NCBI RefSeq assembly: GCF_964213995.1
Contig: NC_135820.1
Coordinates: forward strand, 34,286,001-34,350,000
Direction of reading: 5' to 3'
From: Mustelus asterias
Taxonomy: Eukaryota
Length of the DNA: 64,000 nucleotides
In this document: positions 38,712 through 49,765 of the stretch, one piece after another
Layout: the number at the start of each line of letters is the position of its first letter
Numbering within the stretch: position 1 is the stretch's first letter
Position numbers and translations under genes: made by a program
Notes under the pieces: generated by a model
What the model was told of the DNA's origin: nothing
Databases searched by the model: none
What the model saw: the letters and a program-made list of their open reading frames with translations, nothing else

Positions 38712-41700
38712 TCAGTACCACTTACCCGCCTGATCCCCATAACCCTTAATTCCCTTACCGATCAGGAATCCATCCATCCCCGCTTTAAACATATTCAGCG
38801 AGGTAGCCTCCACCACCTCAGTGGGCAGAGAATTCCAGAGATTCACCACCCTCTGGGAGAAGACGTTCCTCCTCAACTCTGTCTTAAACCGACCCCCCTT
38901 TATTTTGAGGCTGTGTCCTCTAGTTTTAACTTCCTTACTAAGTGGAAAGAATCTCTCCGCCTCCACCCTATCCAGCCCCCGCATTATCTTATAAGTCTCC
39001 ATAAGATCCCCCCTCATCCTTCTAAACTCCAACGAGTACAAACCCAATCTCCTCAGCCTCTCCTCATAATCCAAACCCCTCATCTCCGGTATCAACCTGG
39101 TGAACCTTCTCTGCACTCCCTCCAATGCCAATATATCCTTCCTCATATAAGGGGACCAATACTGCACACAGTATTCCAGCTGCGGCCTCACCAATGCCCT
39201 GTACAGGTGCATCAAGACATCCCTGCTTTTATATTCTATCCCCTTCGCAATATAGGCCAACATCCCATTTGCCTTCTTGATCACCTGTTGTACCTGCAGA
39301 CTGGGCTTTTGCGTCTCATGCACAAGGACCCCCAGGTCCCTTTGCACGGTAGCATGTTTTAATTTGTTTCCATTGAGATAGTAATCCCATTTGTTATTAT
39401 TTCCTCCAAAGTGTATAACCTCGCATTTCTCAACGTTATACTCCATTTGCCATATCCTCGCCCACTCACTCAGCCTGTCCAAATCTCTCTGCAGATCTTC
39501 TCCGTCCTCCACACGATTCACTTTTCCACTTATCTTTGTGTCGTCTGCAAACTTCGTTACCCTACACTCCGTCCCCTCCTCCAGATCATCTATATAAATG
39601 GTAAATAGTTGCGGCCCGAGTACCGATCCCTGCGGCACGCCACTAGTTACCTTCCTCCAACCGGAAAAACACCCATTTATTCCGACTCTTTGCTTCCTGT
39701 CGGATAGCCAGTCCCCAATCCACTTTAACACACTACCCCCAACTCCGTGTGCCCTAATCTTCTTCAGTAGCCTTTTATGGGGCACCTTATCAAACGCCTT
39801 TTGGAAATCCAAAAACACCGCATCCACCGGTTCTCCTCCATCAACCGCCCTAGTCACATCTTCATAAAAATCCAACATGTTTGTCAAGCACGACTTTCCC
39901 CTCATGAATCCATGCTGCGTCTGATTGATCGAACCATTTCTATCCAGATGCCCTGCTATCTCCTCTTTAATAATGGATTCCAGCATTTTCCCTACTACAG
40001 ACGTTAAGCTGACCGGCCTATAGTTACCCGCCTTTTGTCTCCTTCCTTTTTTAAACAGCGGCGTAACATTAGCCGTTTTCCAATCAACCGGCACTACCCC
40101 AGAATGCAACGAGTTTTGATAAATAATCACTAACGCATCCACTATTACCTCTGACATTTCTTTCAATACCCTGGGATGCATTCCATCCGGACCCGGGGAC
40201 TTATCCACCTTCAGTCCCATTAGTCTACCCAGCACTGCCTCTCTGGTAACATTAATTGTATTAAGTATTTCTCCTGCTGCCAACCCTCTATCGTTAATAT
40301 TTGGCAAACTATTTGTGTCCTCCACCGTGAAGACCGACACAAAAAACTTATTTAAAGACTCAGCCATATCCTCATTTCCCACTATTAACTCCCCCCTCTC
40401 GTCCTCCAAGGGTCCAACATTCACTCTAGCCACTCTATTCCTTTTTATATATTTATAAAAACTTTTACTATCATTTTTTATATTAATTGCTAGCCGAGCT
40501 TCATAGTCTATCCTTCCTTTCTTTATCGCTTTCTTAGTCTCTCTTTGTTGTTTCTTAAATTTTTCCCAATCACTTGTTTCTCCACTATTTTTGGCCACTC
40601 TGTACGCAGCTGTTTTTATTTTAATACTCTCCTTTATTTCCTTCGTTATCCACGGCTGGTTCTCCCTTTTCTTACAATCCTTGTTTTTTGCTGGAATATA
40701 TTTTTGCTGAGAACTGAAAAGGATCTCTTTAAAAATCCTCCACTGTTCCTCAGCTATCCTACCTGCCAGCCTGCTCTCCCAGTCTACCTTAGCCAATTCA
40801 TCCCTCATCCTATCATATTTCCCTCTGTTCAAACAGAGGACACTGGTTTGGGACCAAACTTTCTCCTCTTCCATCTGAATCAGAAATTCGACCATATTGT
40901 GGTCACTAGACCCAAGAGGGTCCTTCACAATAAGATCCTTAATTCTACCTACCTCGTTACACAATACCAGATCCAAAATAGCTCGTTCCCTCGTCGGTTC
41001 CGTAACATGCTGTTCAAGGAAACTATCCCGACAGCATTCTAAGAACTCTTCCTCCATTCCACCCTTACCGACTTGAGTCTGCCAGTCAATGTGCATGTTG
41101 AAGTCCCCCATGATTATTGCCGTTCCGTTTTTACACGCATCCCTTATCTGCTTGTTTATAGCCCTCCCTACCTCAACATTATTATTTGGGGGCCTATATA
41201 CCACACCTACTAGTGTCTTTCTCCCTCTACTATTCCTCATCTCTACCCATAATGATTCCACGTTTTGTTCCTCAGAGCCTATGTCATCCCTCAGTACTAC
41301 CCTGATATTATCTCTTATTAATAGCGCGACCCCACCAACTTTTCCTTCCTGTCTATTCTTCCTAAACGCCTGATACCCCTGGATATTCATCTCCCAGTCC
41401 TGGTCACCTTTCAGCCACGTTTCTGTAATGGCCACTAGATCGTACCCACTCGTGCTGATTTGCACCATCAACTCATTTACCTTGTTCCGAATGCTTCGTG
41501 CATTCAGGCAAAGTGTCCTTATTCCAGCTTTTATCTGGACCCGCTTTGATGAGTCGCGAACACCCTCTCCCTCTACTCCCTTATCTAAATTACCGCCTTC
41601 ATTCACTTGCACCCTCTCCTCTACCATTAATTTTGTAATTCCCCTTACCCCTGCATCCTCCACCCCATCAATTAGTTCCTTGATCCTAGTCAACTCTTCT

Positions 41701-41717
41701 AGCTCCCCTCCCCCCAA
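38712..41717 (-). CDS. CR1 LINE ORF2: APE endonuclease + reverse transcriptase
   Basis: 1001 aa with no stop; LNARSI, ITETWL, MGDFN, SDHN (endonuclease); QHGF, FDKVPH, GVPQGSVLGP, FADD (RT). Confidence 0.97.
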   Translation of the reverse strand: MGGGELEELTRIKELIDGVEDAGVRGITKLMVEERVQVNEGGNLDKGVEGEGVRDSSKRVQIKAGIRTLCLNARSIRNKVNELMVQISTSGYDLVAITETWLKGDQDWEMNIQGYQAFRKNRQEGKVGGVALLIRDNIRVVLRDDIGSEEQNVESLWVEMRNSRGRKTLVGVVYRPPNNNVEVGRAINKQIRDACKNGTAIIMGDFNMHIDWQTQVGKGGMEEEFLECCRDSFLEQHVTEPTRERAILDLVLCNEVGRIKDLIVKDPLGSSDHNMVEFLIQMEEEKVWSQTSVLCLNRGKYDRMRDELAKVDWESRLAGRIAEEQWRIFKEILFSSQQKYIPAKNKDCKKRENQPWITKEIKESIKIKTAAYRVAKNSGETSDWEKFKKQQRETKKAIKKGRIDYEARLAINIKNDSKSFYKYIKRNRVARVNVGPLEDERGELIVGNEDMAESLNKFFVSVFTVEDTNSLPNINDRGLAAGEILNTINVTREAVLGRLMGLKVDKSPGPDGMHPRVLKEMSEVIVDALVIIYQNSLHSGVVPVDWKTANVTPLFKKGRRQKAGNYRPVSLTSVVGKMLESIIKEEIAGHLDRNGSINQTQHGFMRGKSCLTNMLDFYEDVTRAVDGGEPVDAVFLDFQKAFDKVPHKRLLKKIRAHGVGGSVLKWIGDWLSDRKQRVGINGCFSGWRKVTSGVPQGSVLGPQLFTIYIDDLEEGTECRVTKFADDTKISGKVNRVEDGEDLQRDLDRLSEWARIWQMEYNVEKCEVIHFGGNNNKWDYYLNGNKLKHATVQRDLGVLVHETQKPSLQVQQVIKKANGMLAYIAKGIEYKSRDVLMHLYRALVRPQLEYCVQYWSPYMRKDILALEGVQRRFTRLIPEMRGLDYEERLRRLGLYSLEFRRMRGDLMETYKIMRGLDRVEAERFFPLSKEVKTRGHSLKIKGGRFKTELRRNVFSQRVVNLWNSLPTEVVEATSLNMFKAGMDGFLIGKGIKGYGDQAGKWY

Positions 41718-41722
41718 CCTAT

Positions 41723-42652
41723 CTAGTTTAAATTCTCCCCAGTAACCTTAGCCAACCTACCGGCCAGGATATTGGTCCCCGTGTGATTCAAGTTCCACCC
41801 GTTTTTTGTATACAGATCACCCCTGCCCCTAAAGAGGTCCCAATGGTCCAGGAACCTGAATCCCTGCCCCCTGCACCAGTCCCTCAGCCACACATTCATC
41901 TTCCACCTCACTCCATTCCTGCCCTCACCTTCCCGTGGCACAGGCAGTAATCCTGAGATTACTACCTTTGCTTTCCTCTTTCTCAGCTGTCTCCCTAATT
42001 CCCTGTACTCCCTTTTCATGACCCCTTCTCCCTTCCTACCCACATCAGCGGTACCAATATGTACCGCTACCTCAGGCTCCTCTCCCTCCCACCTCAGGAT
42101 TTCCGGGACGCGACTAGCGACATCCTGGATCCCGGCCCCAGGGAGGCAGACCACCATGCGAGAATCCCGCCTACCTCCGCAGAAACGCCTGTCTGTCCCC
42201 TTCACCATCGAGTCCCCGATTAATACCGCCTTCCTCCTCTTTTCCTTAGCCCTCTGAGTTACAGGGCTGGACTCCACTGCGGAGACACGGCCACTGCTGC
42301 TTCCCCCAGGCGGGCTGTCCCCCCCAGCAGTACTCAAGCAAGAGTACTTGTTGTGCAGGGGCAAATCCACTGGGGTGCTCTCAACCACCCTAGCCTTACC
42401 CTTCCTGGCCATCACCCACTTGGCCTCCTCCCGTTGCCCTGGTGTGACCACCTGATGATAGCTCTTGTCTATCACCTCCTCATTCTCCCTCATCAGCCTA
42501 AGATCCTCGAGCTGCAGTTCCAGCTCCCTAACACGGTCCCTCAGGAACCGCAGCTCGACACACCCCTCACAGATGTGGATGTCTGGGAGGCCAGATGCCT
42601 CCAGGACCTCCCACATCCTACACTGGGAACAACACACTGGTTTCACACTCAT
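41723..42652 (-). CDS. CR1 LINE ORF1: N-terminal Zn-finger/leucine zipper + SGNH esterase
   Basis: ATG at 42652; CxxC...CxxC, coiled coil LRDRVRELELQL, IGDS, CLPGA, HIGT and LNHTG esterase blocks. Confidence 0.93.
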   Translation of the reverse strand: MSVKPVCCSQCRMWEVLEASGLPDIHICEGCVELRFLRDRVRELELQLEDLRLMRENEEVIDKSYHQVVTPGQREEAKWVMARKGKARVVESTPVDLPLHNKYSCLSTAGGDSPPGGSSSGRVSAVESSPVTQRAKEKRRKAVLIGDSMVKGTDRRFCGGRRDSRMVVCLPGAGIQDVASRVPEILRWEGEEPEVAVHIGTADVGRKGEGVMKREYRELGRQLRKRKAKVVISGLLPVPREGEGRNGVRWKMNVWLRDWCRGQGFRFLDHWDLFRGRGDLYTKNGWNLNHTGTNILAGRLAKVTGENLN

Positions 42653-42983
42653 ACTGGACACTTTATGTCAAGTAAGACAGTGAAAAGTTAATAAGAGTGT
42701 AAGGAAACAAAAACTCACCCCTGCTCGTCCAAGCCCTGTGAGCCAAAGCCCTGACAGCTCACTCAACTTCCCACTCACTCTGCCGCCCGCTACGATGCTG
42801 CCCGCTGTATACTTTGGTGCGCTTTTAAACCCTCCAAAAACTTCCCCAGGCCTCTCCTGGCCCGACTTCCGGTTTTGAAAAAAACCTCCGATTTTAAACC
42901 CAAAATTAACTGAAAAAATAAATAATTAATTAAAGTCAGAAAACCCACTCTCTTACCCTCAGCCTGCTCCTGGGAACAAATCC

Positions 42984-43768
42984 CTGATATTAACAACTGA
43001 TATTAAACCCAAACAACTGAGATTAAACCCAAACAACTGGGATTAAACCCAAACAACTGATATTAAACCCAGAACAACTGAGACTAAACCCAGAACAACT
43101 GATATTAAACCCAAACAACTGAGATTAAACCCAAAACAACTGAGATTAAACCTAAACAACTGATATTAAACCCAAACAACTGAGATTAAACCCAGAACAA
43201 CTGATATTAAACCCAAACAACTGATATTAAACCCAAACAACTGAGATTAAATCCAAACAACTGATATTAAACCCAAACAACTGAGATTAAACCCAAACAA
43301 CTGATATTAAATCCAAACAACTGAGATTAAACCCAAACAACTGAGATTAAACCCAAACAACTGAGATTAAACCCAAACAACTGAGATTAAATCCAAACAA
43401 CTGAGATTAAATCCAAACAACTGAGATTAAACCCAAACCACTGAGATTAAATCCAAACAACTGAGATTAAACCCACAACAACTGGGTTTAAACCCAAACA
43501 ACTGAGATTCAATCCAAACAACTGAGATTAAACCCACAACAACTGAGATTAAATCCAAACAACTGAGATTCAATCCAAACAACTGAGATTAAACCCACAA
43601 CAACTGAGATTAAATCCAAACAACTGAGATTAAACCCACAACAACTGAGATTAAACCCAAACAACTGAGATTAAATCCAAACAACTGAGATTAAACCCAC
43701 AACAACTGGGATTAAACCCAAACAACTGAGATTCAATCCAAACAACTGAGATTAAACCCACAACAACT
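42984..43768. repeat. Minisatellite, ~39 copies of a 20-21 bp unit (CTGAGATTAAACCCAAACAA)
   Basis: Direct head-to-tail units with few variants (GAT/TAT, CCC/TCC, CCCACAAC). Confidence 0.97.
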
Positions 43769-43927
43769 TTCTAATAGCTCCTTATGCAGCTTGGTGCCAA
43801 ACTTTTAACGATACTCTTGTGGAGTGTCTTGGCTCATTAAAGGTGCTATGTAAATGCAGTTGTTCACCTCGAGTCCTACAATTAGTCATCTTTTATTCCT
43901 TAATTTCCCCGCAATTGTTCATTACAG

Positions 43928-44119
43928 CAGGAACACAAAAAGGGCTTGGAGCTGTTGAAAGAAGCAAAGCAGCTGGATGGTTTTTCGTATCCTGAGTTTG
44001 CAGCGTTCGGAGATATGGTGGAAAATTTCAAACTACGGCTGAACAATTTTCACATTCGAGCTCAGAGACGTCAGGTGGAACTGGAGGCTCTAGTTAACTT
44101 ATACAGCTACTGTGATAAG
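43928..44119 (+). CDS. RhoGEF exon J QEHKKGLELLKEAKQL...LVNLYSYCDK
   Basis: Tandem acceptor tacAGcAG (start 43928 or 43931), donor AAG|gtttgc; phase 0/0. Confidence 0.88.
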
Positions 44120-45581
44120 GTTTGCATCAAGACCATCGTAACTCGAAGAACTATAAAATAAATGGCTTATTCACGAGATTTCTTCATGTGATGTTAAAAA
44201 TTGCATGAGTTAGATAAAGTATAATAAAATCCATAATTACCATTCCACAATTTTCCTTGCCAGGACTGACTGGCACTCCAGAGTAAAAGACTTTCGAGCA
44301 GCTACACTGAGGTCTAACCAACATATATGCTGGAATTTTACCGCCTCACCTACCCGAGGCTTGTAAGATCCCACCCAAGACCAACGGAGGATGCTGTTCT
44401 GCGAGCCTCGCCCACCCCGATTCCAGGGCAGTGTGCCGGTAAACCTCCAGCCATAGAATTGAAGAGGGTTGACCTGTTTGGAAGTTTATGAGTCCAAGTA
44501 ACTGTTAATTTTGTCCCGGATTATCATTGCAACCAACTTTCACCTGATGTTAATCTGACTGGCTGTAGTTGTTGGATTTATTCTGACACCCCAGTTGAAT
44601 TCAACTCTCCCATCCCGGAATGCCTCTAATTGGGTGTCACTGCTTCCCTCTGGGCCATTTGGGTCATTTACATTCAAATATTGCTTGGGAATTCAACCAG
44701 GAGTTGGGTTTGAGCCTCGCTTTGAGAAGCCATTCCACAGAAACACTTGAGAAATGGAGTGACTTTTACCTCCTTTCTCTGATGTTTCCATGAACCTCTT
44801 GTCAAAGATAAATTCAACATTTTGGGGGAATCCCCACATGATAACTGGAGCAGGTCTACCTGTTAGCTTGTGGCAGGGATTCTCTGACCTCGTCCGTGGC
44901 TGGGATTCTCCAGTCCTGCTGCTGTGAATGGAGATTTGGCTGAATGCCAAATTCTCCATTTTCACTGGCAGTGATGGTGGAGTGAATGAGAGTGGAGAAT
45001 TTTGGCCTGCATGTTTTGTTTCCTCCAAAATGTGGTGGATAAGGGAAGTGACAACCCTATGTTACGTGTTTAAAATCCACGTTCCTCGGACAAAGGATGT
45101 CCAAAGATGTTAGGTGGATTGGCCATGGTAAATTGCCCCGTCGTGTCAGGGGGACTAGCTAGGGTAAATGTATGGGGTTATGGGGATAGGGCTTAAGTGG
45201 TATGATGGTCGGTGCAGATTGGATGGGCCGAATGGCCTCCTTCTGCTCTGTAGGATTCTATGATTCTAAATACACAAATAGCCAATAGAAGCCCAAGGAA
45301 AACAGTTAAAGATATAGGTTTGGTAACTTTGTTCTGCATGGTAAAGGTATATTCAATATAAATAACAGAAAATGCTGGAAGCATGCAACAGGTCAGTCAG
45401 TAACTGTGCAGAGAGCAAATAAATTCGCTTCTTCAAACCTGATCATCTGCTTCTTCCACAGTTATTCACTAATGTGCTGTTTGTTTCCAGTATTTACTCT
45501 TTTTTTCCTTTTAGAATTCCGGCATCTGCAGTATTTTCTTTTTTAACGAACATTCATTGCATGTTTTTCCTCTTTCGTTAG

Positions 45582-46408
45582 GCCACAAAGTTTGCCGAGG
45601 ATTGTAAATATTACTTGAACCAGTCAGGAACATGCAACGAAACAATGTTGGATTATCTTGAGAGTTATCATCAGAGGTTTGCAGAGTACTCCGTGGAAAG
45701 ATTCCGCCAGGTGAAGAGCCAGGTTCATAGCCTAAACAGTACTAAAGGGATGAAGATGTGGAACGTGACCTGGCTGAGGTGTCAGGAGGTCCGGCAACTC
45801 CTGGAGGAAAAGCTGGAATTTTGTCGGAAGACCCTGAAAGCTGTTACAACTCCATCATTGGACATCAATGGAGAGACAAAGGGCACTGTTCAGAAGGACG
45901 ATAAAGATATTGTCACAAGTAGCTCTCATGTGTGTGGGAGCTCTCGGCCTGAAGATGATGTAATGTGTCAAAGAAAGGAAAATTGCAAGCCTTTGCCTCC
46001 CAGGAACATTCAGAGTCGTAAAGAAAACACGACAAATAATCCAAACAGAGCACCTGCAAACTCTTCAACATTTAACTGGCCCCTGTGGCTGCATTCAGGT
46101 GAGGTTTCCAGCGACAAGAGCAGCTCACAGATTTGTTCTCTCCCTTCGTATTCTGATCATGTCTTCTCTCCTCCCATTCGACACAAAAGTTATCCTTCGA
46201 AGAAGATTCTGCAGGCAGCACAAGGTTTTCAGTTGTCCCGGCATGCAAGCTTCTGCTCTGAAGACAAAGGCCCAAGGCATACTCCAATGAACAGAAATAG
46301 CAGTGGCGTTACTGCAGCTATGAGTCCTGACCTAAGTAGAGTTCCAGGGCCAAGCTCAGAACATGGGACAATGCAGGAATTGAAGAAGAAAACAAAGAGA
46401 AATTCCTA
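45582..46408 (+). CDS. RhoGEF exon K (827 nt): end of spectrin-like region plus Ser/Pro-rich linker
   Basis: Acceptor tcgttAG, donor TA|gtaagg; open for 275 codons (ORF 45615-46409 frame); phase 2 joins the T of the next exon to give TAT. Confidence 0.85.
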
Positions 46409-46650
46409 GTAAGGATATTAACTCCTTTCCATTATATGTTAATATAAGAAACCAGTACATTTTTGTTCCCTGAGGTGAACTTTGGGACAATTACATTTCA
46501 ACTCCTCAATTCCCAAATCATATCTACCCCTAAAAGGCACAAATCTGGAGTGTTGTGCTGTCCACTCACTTGGATGGGTGCAATTGCTGCAACAATGAAA
46601 AAGCCTTCAGAACAAAGCAGTTCACTTGATGGGCACCATATTTGCCAGCT

Positions 46651-46981
46651 TCATAGAATCATAGAATCCCTACAGTGCAGAAGGAGGCCATTCAGCCCAT
46701 CAAGTCTACACCAACTTTCAGAGCATCTTATCCAGGCCCAACCCCCTGGAACCTCACATATTAACTCCACTAATCCCCCAACCTACATATCTTGGGACAC
46801 TAAGGGGCAATTTAGCATAGCTAATCCACCTAACCTGTGCATCTTTGGACTGTGGGAGGAAACCCACGCTGACACAGGGAGATTGTGCAAACTCTACACA
46901 GACAGTCACCCAAGGCTGGAATCAAACCCGGGTCCCTGGCACCCTGAGGCAGCAGTGCTAACCAATGTGCTGCCATGCTGT
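46651..46981 (-). mobile_element. HE1-type V-SINE
   Basis: Head, core and tail present. Confidence 0.85.
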
Positions 46982-48537
46982 CCAAATATTCATCTGGACC
47001 TCTACCCACTGTGGTGAGAAAAGGGATGTGGAACCAGTGTGACTGGATCCCCGTCCCTAACTCCTCTGCCAGATCCCTAGATAATCAGATGGCAGAAGTT
47101 TCTTGCCAATTTGGAGTTGAATTGGTGGGATGCACAGATGTACCCTTTCAGGACCTCAGACATTGGCCCAAGTTCATAATTTCTTGAGGAGAGCCTCTGT
47201 TTTTTGTTCCCACGGGTATGTCTGCAACTGTAGGGGAAGAAATCAGAAACTCTGGTATGTCGGGCATGGGGGGATTTATTTGGCAAATATCTCCTGGAAA
47301 TCAAATGAAAACTGCTCCTGATGCCTCCCTTTGTGAGGTGGTTATATTCTTAGTTGGGATCCAGGTCATGAACCCAGCTTGAATTGTTCTGGTGCAGTAT
47401 GCCTTGTTCTCACCAGATGTGAACATTATGTCAGTCTCAGTGTGGGAATACAGGAACTTACAACACATTCAAGTCTTGATCTAATTTTCAACCATTCCGC
47501 TGAAAGCTACAGCAGAATCGCTGGAGGGGCATGAAATTTTGCAACTTACTTCAACTCCTTACTTACTTTTCTACTATTTATTTTTCCATCACTCTTTGTT
47601 TATCTTCCATTCTGTTCCTCCCTCTCTCACTCCTTATGCCTCCTAGACATTCTTCTGCTTCATATCTGATGAACGGTCATCCAGACTTGAACCCTTAGCT
47701 CTATTTTCTTTTCACAGATGCTGCCAGACCTGCTGAGATTTTCCAGCATTTTCTGTTTTTTGTTTCTTCTGCTTCAAGTTGTGTCAGCATCATAGACTGA
47801 AATCTGCATTCCGCCAACATTTTACGAATGTGGTTAACAATGTGATAATGACCAATCTTAGCTGCTTCTGCTTCTGTTTGCATGCTCGAACAGATTTTGT
47901 CAACTCTCATTGGCACAGGCAGCCTTCTTTCAATTTTTAAAGGACCAGGGATTTAAATAACTTCATTGAGTTTTTTTACTTAAATCTCACTGACACAGAC
48001 GAGCTGTTTTTTTAAAATTTTCCCAGGCAGGAGACTTAAAAACTTTATATCATGACAGTGCTACAGACCTTATCCATCCTTCAAAAGCATTTATGACTAC
48101 TCTGCAAATTGGTAAGGCTGATACTGCAGGTTAAGGTCCTTGCTACTTTGAAAATTAGCACGAGTTCAAATACTGCTGCCGAATTCTGGTTTCCGTCATG
48201 TGAAATTAATACCCCGCACCTTTTCCCAGTAGGTGACAATAGGATCAGTCAGAAATGGGGGTGGGACCTCTGGGTCACACCCATCATTTGGGAGCTCTGT
48301 AGAGTCTTCATGACCCTGTGAATCCAGTCTGAAATACTCAAAATGTGAAGATTTTCACCTCCCTGGCAATAACATTTTGCATTTTAAAATGTACATGCTG
48401 AATAATGAAATCCTAGTTGGCAATTAATATGTTGATCCATAAATATGTTAATGTTTTTTTAAGTCGTAAGAATAATTGTTAATAAGGTTTTCTTTAGGCT
48501 TATTTTTGTTTTCTGTTTGTTCCTTCTTAATTCCAAG

Positions 48538-48790
48538 TAATAAACTGCAGCACATTATGGAAGAGTTATTAATTACGGAGAGAGAGTATGTCCGCTCCCT
48601 TGGTTATGTCGTTAAACACTACTTCCCTGAGATGGAGCGCATGGACCTCCCCCAGGATCTGCGGGGACAACGAGGGGTTATCTTTGGAAACCTGGAGAAG
48701 CTATATGATTTCCACAGCCATTACTTTCTGAAAGAGTTGGAGGGCTGTGCAAGGGAGCCCATCAGAGTTGGACGCTGCTTCCTTAAACAT
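48538..48790 (+). CDS. RhoGEF exon L, DH domain start NKLQHIMEELLITEREYVRSL...GRCFLKH
   Basis: Acceptor ttccaAG, donor CAT|gtgcgt; canonical DH CR1 motif. Confidence 0.95.
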
Positions 48791-48959
48791 GTGCGTTGGT
48801 AACAAGATTTATTTTATCTTAGTTTCTGTACTAGCAGGCTTCCCCTGGCATTATTTATCAGCATGAACATTATGGACAGGATTATTTGGTCCTACCATCT
48901 GCCCCCGAGACCAGAAATCCCTGCCCGAGGTCAACGAACCTTTCAATAGCCTGTCAAAT

Positions 48960-49264
48960 GGGTGGCACGGTGGCACACTGCCTCACTACACCAGGGAATC
49001 AGGCTCAATTCCGGCCTTGGGTGACTATGTGGAGTTTGCACATTCTCCCTTTGTCTGCGTGGGTTTCCTCCTGGCACTCTGGTTTCCTTCCACACTCCAA
49101 AGATGTGTGGGTTAGGTGGATTGGCCACACTAAATTGCCCCTTAGTGTCAGGGAGACTAGCAGGGTAAATGCATGGTGTTATGGGAATAGGGCCTGGTGG
49201 GATTGTGGTTGGTGCAGGCTTGTTGAGCTGAATGGTGTCCTTCTGCACTGTAGGGATTCTATGA
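48960..49264 (+). mobile_element. HE1-type V-SINE inserted in a MITE (~48875-49300)
   Basis: V-core and CR1-like tail; MITE halves on both sides. Confidence 0.82.
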
Positions 49265-49765
49265 AATCTTCTGCCCCACAGGCTGGGCTGGAAAATTTAC
49301 TCTTCACCCTAGTTCTATATTCTTCCATTTCTTTTTTGTTATATATGCATCAAGTCTCCTTAAATGCATTAGTACTATTATTTCAAAGCTCTAGGTTTTC
49401 CCCATTTCCTTTCATGTTTTAGTTTTATTTTGGCTTATGTAGCTCTCTCTGATTCACATTGCGGCTACGATGTCTTGCCAGCTCTGTGCCCTGAACAATT
49501 TCCCATTGTAACAAATTACAGCAGTGCTGTCAGCAGGAAAAACTCAGGAAATCTTTAGTAATCTTATTGCTTAATTTGCCTCCATGAAGTGACTCTTGCC
49601 TTGAATCTCTAATTCTAGGTAAAAATAAAGCCTTGTTTTATTTGGAAACAAAACTGTTATTCATTTGATTATGACATTCAGAACGAAATGCAAAATAGAG
49701 CAAATGAGTCAAAAGTGATTTTTTTGTTCTTGACAAGAGTTTTCACCTACTCTCTTTCATTCCAG

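Larger units (their letters stand above)
38613..42980 (-). mobile_element. Full-length, young CR1-clade LINE (may extend to 43768 including the minisatellite)
   Basis: Intact ORF1 and ORF2, 3' tail (TGTTCTTA)n at 38613-38630, CpG-rich relative to the flanks. Confidence 0.95.

Noticed and set aside
42984-43768. CRISPR array or telomeric repeat
   Set aside because: The units are head-to-tail with no unique spacers, and no cas genes are present in this eukaryotic context. TAAACCC occurs once per 20-bp unit, not as a tandem telomere tract.
45615-46409. Stand-alone 264-aa gene
   Set aside because: It starts at TTG and is bounded by splice sites; it is internal exon K of the RhoGEF.
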